Part shown: positions 18,040 through 27,780 of the stretch, one piece after another
Position numbering within the stretch: position 1 is the first letter of the stretch
How the letters are laid out: the number at the start of each line of letters is the position of its first letter
From: a virus
IMG/VR virus record: IMGVR_UViG_3300031954_000001
Location: 32,001-96,000 of that record
DNA length: 64,000 nucleotides
Direction: 5' to 3' (one strand)
The notes under the pieces: generated by a model
What the model saw: the letters and a program-made list of their open reading frames with translations, nothing else
Told to the model about the DNA's origin: nothing
Databases searched by the model: none
Translations under genes and position numbers: made by a program

Positions 18040-19209
18040 ATGGCGCAGAAGAAATACGCCAGGGTGGTCAAGGCAGCAACTGCCGAGACCGCCAGCAAGT
18101 TCAGGCTAGCCGAGGCGCTGGCCCTGGACATCCCGCCGCGCAACCCCGGGCCGTCAGGCGACGAGGAGCCGGTGGACGTTTACCTGAACCAGGCCCGCGA
18201 GGCCATCGTCGCCGCCGGCGGCGAGGAGCGGACCATCGAGACCCTGAAGCGCTACCGGTGCACGGCGCTGTGGGTCAGCGGCGGAGTCCGTGTGGAAACC
18301 CACACCAACTTCGCCTGGGTGGCCGGGGCATCGTTCAGTTCCCACGACGAGGCGAGGGCGAACGGCCTGACCCTGGAGAAGTTCACCGCGCTGGATGACA
18401 AGCGCGTGGACGCCGTCCGGGCTGCCGCCGGGAACCAGCCGAAGTCCGGTTCGGTGTCCCGCATCGCCGGGTGGACCGGCACCCAGCGGGTAGACATCGC
18501 CCGCGAGCTGCTAGCCGACCCGGATGTCACGACGGCGCTTGCCCTGGACGGGCTGGAGACCCCGGAGCTGTACTGCAAGTCCTGCCGCACGGTCCGGCCG
18601 GTTCGCCCGGGTGGCGAGGACTGGGAGTGCATGGTCTGCGGCAGCGGGCTCGTCCCGCTGGAGTCCGAGTCGATCCCGTCCTCCGTGCGGCACGCGCTCG
18701 GCATCCCGGTTAGCGAGGGACCGCTCGCCCCGCCCGTCTTCCCGGCCGGCCTGACCGAGGAGGACGCCCGCGAGGCGGTGGAGAAGATGTCTGCCGAGGA
18801 CCGGGCGCTGCTCGCCAGGCAGGCACTCGCCGACGAGGGCGCGGCCGAGCTGGCCATGGCCGACCCGGACACCCGCGAGGACACGCTCCGCGCAGCCATG
18901 CGGGTGTCGGAGCAGGCTAACGCCGGGCGTACCCGGCCGCAGCCGTCCGGCCCGACTCCCGCCGAGCGCTCCGAGGACGAGCACTGGGCGTCCCTGGGCA
19001 ACTGGCAGCAGGTCAGCGACGCTCTCAAGGCCGAGGCTGTGCACCTGCAGTCCTCCGAGCTGCTGGCCGCGGACAACGGGCAGTTCCGCAACGTCATCCT
19101 CGGGTACATCGCCCGGACTCGTTCCCAGCTGGACCTGATCGAGTCGATCACCTCCGGCGGCGGCGTGTCCGACGAAGCCCTGGCGAAGCTGCTGGAGGGC
19201 GACGAGTGA
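18040..19209 (+). CDS. Hypothetical protein with internal Zn ribbon
   Basis: GGAGG RBS; CKSC...CMVC. Confidence 0.75.
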   Translation: MAQKKYARVVKAATAETASKFRLAEALALDIPPRNPGPSGDEEPVDVYLNQAREAIVAAGGEERTIETLKRYRCTALWVSGGVRVETHTNFAWVAGASFSSHDEARANGLTLEKFTALDDKRVDAVRAAAGNQPKSGSVSRIAGWTGTQRVDIARELLADPDVTTALALDGLETPELYCKSCRTVRPVRPGGEDWECMVCGSGLVPLESESIPSSVRHALGIPVSEGPLAPPVFPAGLTEEDAREAVEKMSAEDRALLARQALADEGAAELAMADPDTREDTLRAAMRVSEQANAGRTRPQPSGPTPAERSEDEHWASLGNWQQVSDALKAEAVHLQSSELLAADNGQFRNVILGYIARTRSQLDLIESITSGGGVSDEALAKLLEGDE

Positions 19210-19673
19210 GCAAGGTAGACGACAGGGCGCAGGTGATCCTGGACTACCTGAGCACGCACCTCGGGCAGCGGGTCACCCGCCCGCAGCTGCTGGCCGCCAC
19301 CGGGCTGTCGAACAGCGCCGGGACCGACGCCGCCATCCGGCGCGCCCGGGACATGGCGTCCGCGCAGGGCCTGCATTTCCCGCCCGCCATCCGGCGCAGG
19401 GGCGATCTGATGCCGCTGTACCTGGTCACCGACCAGGCTGCCGACGCGATCCTGCCCACGCGCAGGATGCACGCCATCGCCAACGGCGTGCGGCGGCGGG
19501 AGGAGGTCGGGCTGGACTTCATGGCTGCTCATGCGGACCAGCTCGATGACACCGCCCGCGGTCAGCTGGAGATGCTGGCGCAGGCCCGGACGGCCCGTGC
19601 CGCCGTGCAGGTGCTGGAGGACATGGCGATGACCCGCCTGGCCGCCACGGTGAACGGTCAGCCGGCGGCCTGA
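19206..19673 (+). CDS. Winged-helix-like DNA-binding protein
   Basis: ILDYL...VTRPQLLAATGLS pattern; GTGA coupling. Confidence 0.6.
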   Translation: MSKVDDRAQVILDYLSTHLGQRVTRPQLLAATGLSNSAGTDAAIRRARDMASAQGLHFPPAIRRRGDLMPLYLVTDQAADAILPTRRMHAIANGVRRREEVGLDFMAAHADQLDDTARGQLEMLAQARTARAAVQVLEDMAMTRLAATVNGQPAA

Positions 19674-19676
19674 TCC

Positions 19677-19690
19677 TCCCATCAGTGGGA
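19677..19690. promoter_or_regulatory. Dyad site TCCCATCAGTGGGA (copy 3)
   Basis: Starts just after the TGA of 19206..19673. Confidence 0.75.
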
Positions 19691-19695
19691 ACAAC

Positions 19696-19733
19696 CCCTG
19701 CCGGGCACCGGGCCAACTCGGTGCCCGGCAGGG
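19696..19733 (+). terminator. Perfect 15-bp hairpin
   Basis: CCCTGCCGGGCACCG / CGGTGCCCGGCAGGG. Confidence 0.6.
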
Positions 19734-19774
19734 TGACCATAGAACAAGGCCGCGAACACGATCAGGAGATCGAG

Positions 19775-20413
19775 ATGGCGAAACCTGCCGCGACGGCGCA
19801 ACTGGTGACCGAGGTTACTGAGTACGTGCCCGCCCCCGGCCCGCAAGACGACTACGAGGAGTACCGCCGGGACCTGCTGCGTGCCCGGCTGATCGCGGTC
19901 GGCGAACCGCTGTTCGAGAGCCCGGGCTTCGGGCCGGACGGCGTCAAGCTGCCCGAGCGCGACATCCTGTCCGATCTCGCGTATGAGATCGAGTGGTACC
20001 TGCGCAGCCTGTCCATCCCCCAGCTGGTCTGCCTGACTTACGGGCACCGCTGGCCGGAACTGATCCCGGTCCCGGGCATGAAGCTGCCGCGCGGCTTCCG
20101 GGCCGTCCGCGACCCGCAGGTGAGGACCGTGTTCCTGGTCACCGAAGACTGCACCCGCAAGATCGTCATCGGGAAGGGCGAGCGCAGGCGGGCCGACGCC
20201 CAGTACTGCGGCACCACGCGCAGCAGCCGGACGCTGCCTGGCCAGATCTCCGGATTGTTCGACCGCGCCCACATGCGGCAGTACACCTACGACAAGGACG
20301 CCTGGGCCAAGCGCCCGCCGGCGTCCCGGCTGACCAGGATCGACTTCCTGGACGAGATCTACCGCCGGATGGGCCGCGACCTGTTCCCCGCCGAGATGGA
20401 GGAGGGCCAGTGA
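19775..20413 (+). CDS. Hypothetical protein
   Basis: AGGAG RBS before ATG 19775. Confidence 0.7.
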   Translation: MAKPAATAQLVTEVTEYVPAPGPQDDYEEYRRDLLRARLIAVGEPLFESPGFGPDGVKLPERDILSDLAYEIEWYLRSLSIPQLVCLTYGHRWPELIPVPGMKLPRGFRAVRDPQVRTVFLVTEDCTRKIVIGKGERRRADAQYCGTTRSSRTLPGQISGLFDRAHMRQYTYDKDAWAKRPPASRLTRIDFLDEIYRRMGRDLFPAEMEEGQ

Positions 20414-20616
20414 ACGCGAACGTGAGCCTGGCTGACGGCGGCACTTTCCTGGTCGACAGGATCACCGACGCCGCGGTCGTGCTGGTCTTCGGCACCAAGG
20501 TCGTCATCGTGCGGGAGAACGGCGCCGTGCTGGAAGTCCCCCGGCACCCGGTGACCGCCGCCCAGAGTGACCGCGACCACCTCGCCGCCCGGGTCACCGC
20601 GGAGGGCAAGTCATGA
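20410..20616 (+). CDS. Hypothetical protein
   Basis: GTGA coupling, GGAGG RBS. Confidence 0.6.
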   Translation: MNANVSLADGGTFLVDRITDAAVVLVFGTKVVIVRENGAVLEVPRHPVTAAQSDRDHLAARVTAEGKS

Positions 20617-20840
20617 GCGCCCGCGTCCTGAAACTGTTCCGCGACGTGCCCGGCCCGGATGAGCTGACCGCCAAGCGCGGCATCGTCGCCGAGGCGGTCG
20701 TGTTCAGCGACGGCAAGGCCGTACTGCACTGGCTGACCGGGATCGACGTCACCGAGACCTACCCGTCCGAAGACGACATGCGCCTGGTCCGCGAGCGCAG
20801 CGGCCGGTCCCGCTTTATCGAGGCAGGCGGGTCAGCGTGA
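20613..20840 (+). CDS. Small phage protein (G.VAE.V.FSDG...L.W motif)
   Basis: Motif typical of small phage proteins; coupled. Confidence 0.65.
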   Translation: MSARVLKLFRDVPGPDELTAKRGIVAEAVVFSDGKAVLHWLTGIDVTETYPSEDDMRLVRERSGRSRFIEAGGSA

Positions 20841-21256
20841 GCGGCGGGAAACTGGGCGAGCTGCAGACCCGTGCCGCCCGGCTGGTCGCCGCTCCCGGCA
20901 TCGACCGGGGAACGCTGGCCGTCAAGATCCGCGAGCTGATCACCGCCGCGCACGAGCTCGGCCGCGAAGAACGCGAGCGCGAGCTGGCCGTCATGAGCAG
21001 TGACAAGCGGGCCGGGGTCCTCAGCAGGACCCGGCACCCGTCCGCGCTGGCGCTGTCCGACGACGACTCCGAGCCCGAGGCGGATGCCGCGGAGCAGCGG
21101 GCGCAGTTCACAGGCGGCCCGGACATCGGCCCGGAAGTCCTGGCCGACTACCTGAGCGGGCGGGCGTCACAGCCGGGCTGGCCGGTGGAGACCGGCGAGC
21201 CGTTCCGCGGTGCCGCCGAGCGCGAGTGGGACGACTCAAGAGGCGGCGAGCCGTGA
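20837..21256 (+). CDS. Hypothetical protein
   Basis: Coupled ORF with high GC at third positions. Confidence 0.6.
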   Translation: MSGGKLGELQTRAARLVAAPGIDRGTLAVKIRELITAAHELGREERERELAVMSSDKRAGVLSRTRHPSALALSDDDSEPEADAAEQRAQFTGGPDIGPEVLADYLSGRASQPGWPVETGEPFRGAAEREWDDSRGGEP

Positions 21257-21570
21257 GCGGCCCGGGCAACGGCGGCGCAGGGCGCACCGTGCACTGCCGG
21301 CACTGCCTCGGCACCGCGCCGCGCCCGGACACGAGTATCCCGGTCGGCTGGCTGGCGCTGACCGTGTCCGTTCCGCCGGAGTACTGCGCGGACGGCAGCG
21401 GCCGGACGCACATCTGGCTGGGCTTGTTCTGCTGCGCCGCCTGCCTGGTCGCGCACGGCCCGGAGATCGAGCGGCAGCAGGACCTGGCCCGCCAGGCGTA
21501 CCAGGCCGTGGTACCGGACCCGCCGGTTATCAGCAGTCAGACGAGGATAGGAAGGCCGGTGCCGCGATGA
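21253..21570 (+). CDS. Zn-finger-like protein
   Basis: CRHC...FCCAAC; GTGA coupling. Confidence 0.6.
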   Translation: MSGPGNGGAGRTVHCRHCLGTAPRPDTSIPVGWLALTVSVPPEYCADGSGRTHIWLGLFCCAACLVAHGPEIERQQDLARQAYQAVVPDPPVISSQTRIGRPVPR

Positions 21571-21821
21571 GGTTCTGGCGCGAGAACAAGACCGACCAGG
21601 AGTTCGACTGGCCGGTGGACGCCGTCGCTGACGCGTTCATGGTCCATTACTGGCGGGAGAGGCTGCAGTACGCGCCGTTCCCGCTGGAGCGGATGCTGCG
21701 CAGCTGGCTGACCGCCGCTGACGGCTTCAACAGCGTCTGGGAGGCCGAGACCGGTCCGGACAGTTTCGAGGAGCTGTTCGACCAGGTGCGGGAGCGCACC
21801 AGGACCGAGGCGCCGGCATGA
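21567..21821 (+). CDS. Hypothetical protein
   Basis: ATGA coupling. Confidence 0.6.
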   Translation: MRFWRENKTDQEFDWPVDAVADAFMVHYWRERLQYAPFPLERMLRSWLTAADGFNSVWEAETGPDSFEELFDQVRERTRTEAPA

Positions 21822-22423
21822 CCACCCGGATGCAGTTCGTCGTCACCGACGACCTGGACGAGTTCGAGAAGCGCGAGTTCAACGACACCGGCCCGGACGG
21901 CGTCAAGGACATCGTCTCCCTCAACGGCGTGGCCGTGGAGCTGGACCTGACCGCTGCGCATTCCGCTGAGCTGCACGCGCTGCTGAAGCGGTACCTGGAG
22001 GCCGGGCACCGGCCCGGTGAGGAGCCGCAGCCGCCGGTCCCGCGTATCCCGGACAAGCGGCCCGGCCAGGGCGTCCGCCGTGAGATTCCCGGGACGCGTG
22101 ACTTCTACCGGGAACTTCGCGAGTGGGCTACCGCGAACGACCTGGAGGTCCCGACCGCCGGCCGCGAAGACAGCAAGAGAAACTACGTGTACGACAAGCT
22201 GCTCCCGTCGTACATCGCGTACCTGCAGGAGCAGGCGCGCAGCGGGAAGGACGGCGGGGTGGCCGTGGCCAGGCTCGCAATGGCTGCACTGCTGCGCCTG
22301 CCTGGAACAGAAGGGGGGCAGCCGGCTGTTAACTTAGCTAACGATTTCGGTATCATGCGAGCAGGACGCGGTATACCGATACACAGACAACGGAGATACC
22401 ATGACGACCATGACGAAGGATAG
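21818..22423 (+). CDS. lsr2: Lsr2-like nucleoid-associated protein
   Basis: TDDLD...LNG...ELDLT...L...L.RYLEAG (dimerisation domain) and LREWA.AN...V...GR (DNA-binding domain). Confidence 0.75.
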   Translation: MTTRMQFVVTDDLDEFEKREFNDTGPDGVKDIVSLNGVAVELDLTAAHSAELHALLKRYLEAGHRPGEEPQPPVPRIPDKRPGQGVRREIPGTRDFYRELREWATANDLEVPTAGREDSKRNYVYDKLLPSYIAYLQEQARSGKDGGVAVARLAMAALLRLPGTEGGQPAVNLANDFGIMRAGRGIPIHRQRRYHDDHDEG

Positions 22424-23060
22424 ACCCGTCGCGCGGCCCGGACGGCGTGCACGGACATCCATCAGGCGCCCGGCCGCGGGTATCGCCATCGAGCCCGCCC
22501 GTCTCACCTGGTGGCGGGACTTTCGGGCGATGTCGCGGCAGGACCTGTCAAGGAAGCTAGCCGCTCTCTGGCTGGCCGAAGACCCGGACGCGATCCCGTT
22601 CATTCACCTTACGACGATCCCGGAAGACGGGCACCGGGCCTCGCCGTCGCTGCTAGACCTTCGCCACTGCACTGTGTGCGGGGGAAAGATCCGCGGCGGG
22701 CTGACCCGTGACGCGATCGCCAAGTTCGAGAATCCCGACCCGGAACAGCGGCGCCGGCCCAAGGCGAGCACCGTGCGCGCGCTGTGCGCCGCGCTATCCA
22801 GCCCGGACCGGGTAGTGCGACCCGGCGACCTGCTGCCTGGCGGGCCGCCGCTCGTGCTGTCCGCCGAGGCCCGAGACCGGCAGTCCCGGCTGGATTACAA
22901 CGACGGGATGCGCGAGTTCGCCGACGCGCTCGGCCGGCCGGAACTGTACCGGAACCCGGCCGGGCGTATCTTCTACACCAGGGAACTGAAGGACATGTAC
23001 GACCGCTGGCTGACCGAGTCCGGGACCGGGACCGGTGAGCCAGCCGCGATGGCTAGCTAG
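22401..23060 (+). CDS. XRE-family HTH regulator with inserted Zn motif and C-terminal Lsr2-DBD-like segment
   Basis: L..WR...MSRQDL...AIAKFEN...P...V.ALC.AL...P.DLL; HCTVC insert; MREFADA...AGRI. Confidence 0.65.
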   Translation: MTTMTKDRPVARPGRRARTSIRRPAAGIAIEPARLTWWRDFRAMSRQDLSRKLAALWLAEDPDAIPFIHLTTIPEDGHRASPSLLDLRHCTVCGGKIRGGLTRDAIAKFENPDPEQRRRPKASTVRALCAALSSPDRVVRPGDLLPGGPPLVLSAEARDRQSRLDYNDGMREFADALGRPELYRNPAGRIFYTRELKDMYDRWLTESGTGTGEPAAMAS

Positions 23061-23078
23061 CCTGCTCGGGGAGGCTTC

Positions 23079-23192
23079 GTGGGTAACATCGAGGAGACCG
23101 GCGAGGAGATCATCCTGGAGCCGCTGGACGAGCCCGCGGAGATCCCGGTCACCCCGGTCCTGGTGCCGGAACGCCAGCCCGTGCCCGTATAG
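23079..23192 (+). CDS. 37-aa acidic Pro/Glu-rich peptide
   Basis: Below the track's size cutoff; GGGGAGG RBS; MGNIEETGEEIILEPLDEPAEIPVTPVLVPERQPVPV. Confidence 0.65.
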   Translation: MGNIEETGEEIILEPLDEPAEIPVTPVLVPERQPVPV

Positions 23193-23201
23193 AGCTTCAT
23201 T

Positions 23202-24290
23202 ATGGATAAAGACGACGCGGACCGGGAGCTGAGCGACGCCCAGCGTCAGATCGAGACGATGGGCCAGTACATCCAGGACACCTACGCCCGCGGCAGCCTG
23301 GTCCACCCGCCCGGCGGCTCCGGGTCCGCGTACAGCATCCATTACAGCGGCGGGGGCGGTGCCGGCGGCGGCGGGTACGCGCCTGGCGGCCTGAACCTGG
23401 GCGGCGGGGGCGGAGGATCCAGCTCGGGCATCCCGCAGTTCCTGCCCGGCGGAGGCGCGGGCGGGGGAGGCTTCTATGGCGGGCGAGCCGGGAGCATCAG
23501 CACCGTTATCCGGAACACGGGCGAGACCGGGTTCGGTGAGACCGGCTCGGATGACGTACCCACCGCGGCCGGGTCTGTCACCGGGTACCGGTGGTGGAAA
23601 CTGCCTGTCCCGGATTTCCGGCACTCCCCGGTGCACGCCGAGCAGCACTGGCCGCACAACCCGCTGGCTGGCATGCGGGCGCCATGGGAAATCAAGGGCG
23701 GCGTCTACACCGCGGCCTGCCTGGCTCCGGGCGGAGGTCAGCACGATCCGGACCGCATCCCGAATGCGAGCTGTGGTTGCGGGTTCTGGGCCTACTGGCA
23801 CCCCGAGGACCGCAAGTTCCACGACGCCGGGACCGTTCCGGTGTTCGGCGTGATCAAAGGCTTCGGCCGGTTCCGCAACGGCCGCAAGGGCTTCCGGGTG
23901 CACAAGGCCCGCATCCTGGCCCTGCACCTGGCGTTCACCCTCATGCCGTACATCGACACGCTCGGCAGGCCGTTTGATCCGCGCCTGACCACCCGCACCA
24001 TGGACGACGGCCGCCAGGTCCTGCTGCCCTCCTCGGTCAGCTACGCCGAGGCCGCGGCGGCGATGGCGCACGCCGACGCCTGGGTCGCGGTCATGGGCGA
24101 CCGGCTGGAGCAGGACTACCCCGGCGTGACCATCTGCGAGACTCGCGACCGGCTGCTGGCCAGCTTCCCGCCGGACCCCAGCGGGAGCCTGCCGGAGCCG
24201 AGGGGCTGCGTGTGGTGCGGTGACGTGACCCCGTCCTACGGCCACGAGCTGTACTGCCCTGGCCGGCACTGGTTCCGGGTCGATGGCTAG
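23202..24290 (+). CDS. Gly-rich protein with CxCGFWAY domain
   Basis: GYRWW...AAC...H...P...CGCGFWAY...GFR motif. Confidence 0.7.
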   Translation: MDKDDADRELSDAQRQIETMGQYIQDTYARGSLVHPPGGSGSAYSIHYSGGGGAGGGGYAPGGLNLGGGGGGSSSGIPQFLPGGGAGGGGFYGGRAGSISTVIRNTGETGFGETGSDDVPTAAGSVTGYRWWKLPVPDFRHSPVHAEQHWPHNPLAGMRAPWEIKGGVYTAACLAPGGGQHDPDRIPNASCGCGFWAYWHPEDRKFHDAGTVPVFGVIKGFGRFRNGRKGFRVHKARILALHLAFTLMPYIDTLGRPFDPRLTTRTMDDGRQVLLPSSVSYAEAAAAMAHADAWVAVMGDRLEQDYPGVTICETRDRLLASFPPDPSGSLPEPRGCVWCGDVTPSYGHELYCPGRHWFRVDG

Positions 24291-24417
24291 CTGGGATGCC
24301 TGGGCCTTTACTCTTACCGCGCGCTCGGTCGCGCTTGTTGCGGACATGTTCTGGACATGGCTGATCGCATTCAGCATCTGGTGCTCTCGCGACCAGGGCC
24401 GCCACCGCAAGCGTTAA
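24283..24417 (+). CDS. Possible small membrane peptide
   Basis: 44-aa hydrophobic ORF overlapping the upstream stop. Confidence 0.35.
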   Translation: MASWDAWAFTLTARSVALVADMFWTWLIAFSIWCSRDQGRHRKR

Positions 24418-24485
24418 CCCCCATAATCTCCTGACCTGGGTTATCTCTGCCCAGGACCAGGTGAAACCAGCTGCAGGAGCCGGAT

Positions 24486-24514
24486 TTGGCCTGTGCAGCT
24501 GTCTGCGCTATACT
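24486..24514 (+). promoter_or_regulatory. Sigma70/SigA-like promoter
   Basis: TTGGCC-N17-TATACT upstream of the DUF932 gene. Confidence 0.55.
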
Positions 24515-24587
24515 AGCTGTATACGCAGAACAGACCAAGAGATCCGATCAAGGTCACCGAATCCCCGAAAGGAAGGGCATCGGAAAC

Positions 24588-25892
24588 ATGCACCAGCAAA
24601 CCATCGAGGCCAGGAACGCGGAACTGGAAGACGTTCTGGTGATCCTGCAGGAGCAGCGGGCGCGACGGCTTGACGTCGTGGTCCGCCACCACATGATCGA
24701 CGCCCACGGCGGTCAGATCCTCGTCCGCGCCGGAGACTCCACCCAGTGGGTCAGCGCCGAGGGAGTCACCTCCGCGGCCGGCGTCTACCGGCCCACCGCG
24801 GTCGCCGACGAGGGCCTGGCCGGCCTGCTCGGCGTGGACGGCGGGTTCCTGAAGAAACTGCGCCGGCTCGACCCTGGCCGCACCGACCTGTGGGACGCCA
24901 TCGTCGGCGGCTTCCTGCACGGCGGTCACGAGGTCATCGACGGCGAAGACCGCAACTACCCGCCCTACGACGGCGCGATCCTGCTCCGCCTGCTCAAGGG
25001 CGACGAGGAGACGGACGGCGTGCTGCGCGCCGCGCTGTCTCCCCGGTACAAGATCATCGACAACCTGGACGTCCTGCTCGCCGTGATGGCCGGGCTCCGC
25101 GACGCCGGGGTGGACGCCTACCCGGACGTCTCCGACCTGACCGAGCGCCGGATGCACGTCCGGTTCGCGGTCCCCGGGATCGCCGCGCTCGCGCCGCTCC
25201 TGCTGGAAGGCTACCGGTCTCCGTTCGACGGACCCGGCGGCATCAAGCGGGCCGGGAACATGCGGCTGGACGTCGGCCGCTTCGGCCGCGACTCCGAGGG
25301 CCTGCAGCGGGTCCTGGCCGCCGCTCGCCATGAGGGCAAGGAATACCCGCCCGGCCAGGAGCCCATCGTGTTCGCCGGGATCAAGGTCACCAACTCCGAC
25401 GTGGGCGAGGGTGCCCGGTCGATCGCGCCGGAGATCATCATCCAGATCTGCGGCAACCGGTTCACCCTGGCCGCCTCGGCCGACCGCGCGGTGCACCTGG
25501 GCTCGTCCAAGGACGAGGGCGTCATCCAGTGGTCCGCCGAGACCATGGAGCGCGAGCTGCAGCTGATCACCAGCCAGGCCAGCGACGCGGTCAGGACCTT
25601 CCTGACTCCCGAGTGGTTCGCCGGCAAGGTCGCCGAGATCGAGGCTGAGGCCGGCGCTCCGGTGGACAAGGCCGAGGAGGTCATCCGGGACGTCTCCCGG
25701 CAGGCCGGCTTCACCCAGGGCGAGGAGGCCGACATCCTGGCGCACTTCCTGCGCGGCGGCAAGTACACCTCCGGTGGCGTGGCCAACGCGATCACCTCGG
25801 TGAGCCAGACGCTGGAGTCCGCGGACCGAGCGGCCGAGCTGGACGCCAAGGCCATCCCGGCCATGGCCCACGCGGCACGGCTGGCCGGCTAA
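24588..25892 (+). CDS. DUF932 (DUF945)-like protein
   Basis: S.RY..IDN.DV, G....NSDVG.G, IC.N motifs. Confidence 0.75.
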   Translation: MHQQTIEARNAELEDVLVILQEQRARRLDVVVRHHMIDAHGGQILVRAGDSTQWVSAEGVTSAAGVYRPTAVADEGLAGLLGVDGGFLKKLRRLDPGRTDLWDAIVGGFLHGGHEVIDGEDRNYPPYDGAILLRLLKGDEETDGVLRAALSPRYKIIDNLDVLLAVMAGLRDAGVDAYPDVSDLTERRMHVRFAVPGIAALAPLLLEGYRSPFDGPGGIKRAGNMRLDVGRFGRDSEGLQRVLAAARHEGKEYPPGQEPIVFAGIKVTNSDVGEGARSIAPEIIIQICGNRFTLAASADRAVHLGSSKDEGVIQWSAETMERELQLITSQASDAVRTFLTPEWFAGKVAEIEAEAGAPVDKAEEVIRDVSRQAGFTQGEEADILAHFLRGGKYTSGGVANAITSVSQTLESADRAAELDAKAIPAMAHAARLAG

Positions 25893-25896
25893 GCCC

Positions 25897-26490
25897 ATGC
25901 AGGACATCCGGATCGGCGAGCTGATGAACGGCCCGCAGGTGCTGTACGACCTGCTGGCCGCCATCCAGCTCGCCGGGCCGGAGCCGGACCCCGGCCTGGC
26001 CGCCGGACCGGACCCGGTCAGCGAGCAGGTCACCTTCGTCACCGACGAGCGGGACGAGAAGCGGGTCGCCGCCATCGTCCCGGTCTGGGTCGGCGAGGCA
26101 CACCTGGAAGACACCGTAGGCGCCATCCTCGGCGCCGTTGGGAGCGATATGCCCGAAACCGGCCAGCCCGAGTCCGGAGAGCACGGGCACGAGCTGCATG
26201 CGCGGAACATCGGCCGCGTCTTCACCGCCGACGATGACGAGATCGCCGTCGATCACCTGTACGACCACGACTCCGAGCCGTGCCCCAACTGCGGCGGCAA
26301 GTGCATCACCGCCGGGCTCGTCGGCCTGGTGCTCAACACCGAGTCGGCGATGCTGACCCCGGACGAGGCGCTGCTGCTGGCCGACCGGCTCAAGCGCGCC
26401 GCCGACCTCGTCCTGGAGACCCTGGAAGACCCGCCCGACCTGGAGCGCGAAGCCGCCCGGTTCGGGATGGGAGAAGGCTCGCCCGGATAA
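25897..26490 (+). CDS. Hypothetical acidic protein
   Basis: Codon bias; CPNC motif. Confidence 0.6.
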   Translation: MQDIRIGELMNGPQVLYDLLAAIQLAGPEPDPGLAAGPDPVSEQVTFVTDERDEKRVAAIVPVWVGEAHLEDTVGAILGAVGSDMPETGQPESGEHGHELHARNIGRVFTADDDEIAVDHLYDHDSEPCPNCGGKCITAGLVGLVLNTESAMLTPDEALLLADRLKRAADLVLETLEDPPDLEREAARFGMGEGSPG

Positions 26491-26498
26491 CACGACGT

Positions 26499-26539
26499 GC
26501 GCCCGCGCCGGGCAGAGCTAGGCTCCCCGGCGCGGGTGC
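26499..26539 (+). terminator. GC-rich hairpin
   Basis: GCCCGCGCCGGG...CCCGGCGCGGGT. Confidence 0.5.
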
Positions 26540-26547
26540 CACCACCC

Positions 26548-26561
26548 TCCCACCGATGGGA
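26548..26561. promoter_or_regulatory. Dyad site TCCCACCGATGGGA (copy 4)
   Basis: Intergenic, between hairpin and GAACAGGAG RBS. Confidence 0.75.
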
Positions 26562-26597
26562 AGGTTCGCAGAAGAACAGGAACAGGAGACAGTACCT

Positions 26598-27773
26598 ATG
26601 CAAGACATCACCACCGCCGGCTTCGACGGCAACCCCGCCGCGGAGACCGGCACCGAACACCTCACCGGCCCGGAGACCCCGGTTTCGGCAGAGGCAGTCC
26701 CCGAGGGCCTGCGCCCGCCCGGCACCGGCCCCGACTACGTACCGGACTCGATCCCCGTCCTCGTGACGGCCAAGCCCTGGTACCTGCGCCGCCTTCCGTG
26801 GCCGTGGCGCATCGTCACCGCCCTGGCGAGCGTCGCCGCTGGCTGGCTCATCGCCGCAGCCATCATGAGCGCTTTCCCGTTCGCCAGCCATCCGGCCAGC
26901 GGCGCGGACGCCATCCTGGCGCACGACGGCTACTCCGGCTCCATCACGATCTCCGGGTCGCTGTGGCAGCAGGCCCTCGGCGCCCAGGGCGGCAACGCCG
27001 GCGACATCGCCGCGGCCCGCGCCATGCTCAGCTCGGGCACGATCGGCTTCAAGGGCGCCAACGCCGAGATCGTCTTCGGCCTCACCCAGGCCGGCCAGGC
27101 GCTGATCCCGGCTGAGCTGCCGACCGCCAAGCCCGGCGACTTCGGTCCGGGCGTCACCGCGCACATGGACCACGGCTACTTCGTGATGGACGGCCCGACG
27201 TCCACGCTGGGCAGCCCGTCCCAGTACCGGACCCAGTCGTCGGTCAGCCTTACCGCGGCGGTTACCCCGGCCCAGGTCACCTGGCACGTGCACGAGCACA
27301 ACGTGCCCGACACGACCGACGTCACCGGCCCCGCCACCGTCGCTACCCCGGACGGTCCCGTGTGGGCGCAGGACAACCTGGAGCGCACTGTCACCGCGGT
27401 CCAGGACCAGGGCAACCCGCAGCTGTGGCACGTCACCGTGGCCAGCACCGGGTCGTTCTCCGCGTTCGCCAACCCCATCGACGGCAACGCATGGGCCGGC
27501 AGCGGATCGGTCAAGGGCTCCATCGAGTTCGACGTGACCTCACCGGTCGCGCCGACCGCGGCGGGTCTGCCCGCGCAGCTGAACGACGGCGAGCACAGCA
27601 CCGCGCTGGCGCTGGACCTGTTCGGCGGCCAGGGCTCGGTGACCGGCGGCGGCCACTACCAGTTCGACTACAACCCGGTCCCCGTGCCCGGTGACGCCGT
27701 GTACCCCTCGGGTACTTTCGGCATCTTCTACGGCCAGGGTCCGGACGGCCTGCACTACACCCAGGCCGGCTAG
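26598..27773 (+). CDS. Membrane-anchored exported protein
   Basis: GAACAGGAG RBS; one TM segment then a beta-rich domain. Confidence 0.7.
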   Translation: MQDITTAGFDGNPAAETGTEHLTGPETPVSAEAVPEGLRPPGTGPDYVPDSIPVLVTAKPWYLRRLPWPWRIVTALASVAAGWLIAAAIMSAFPFASHPASGADAILAHDGYSGSITISGSLWQQALGAQGGNAGDIAAARAMLSSGTIGFKGANAEIVFGLTQAGQALIPAELPTAKPGDFGPGVTAHMDHGYFVMDGPTSTLGSPSQYRTQSSVSLTAAVTPAQVTWHVHEHNVPDTTDVTGPATVATPDGPVWAQDNLERTVTAVQDQGNPQLWHVTVASTGSFSAFANPIDGNAWAGSGSVKGSIEFDVTSPVAPTAAGLPAQLNDGEHSTALALDLFGGQGSVTGGGHYQFDYNPVPVPGDAVYPSGTFGIFYGQGPDGLHYTQAG

Positions 27774-27780
27774 CCCCGGC

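Noticed and set aside
24513-26225. Long antisense or overlapping ORFs in the track (also 22794..24410, 27902..29632, 44699..46462, 50142..51734)
   Set aside because: Shadow frames of high-GC genes; no motifs or RBS
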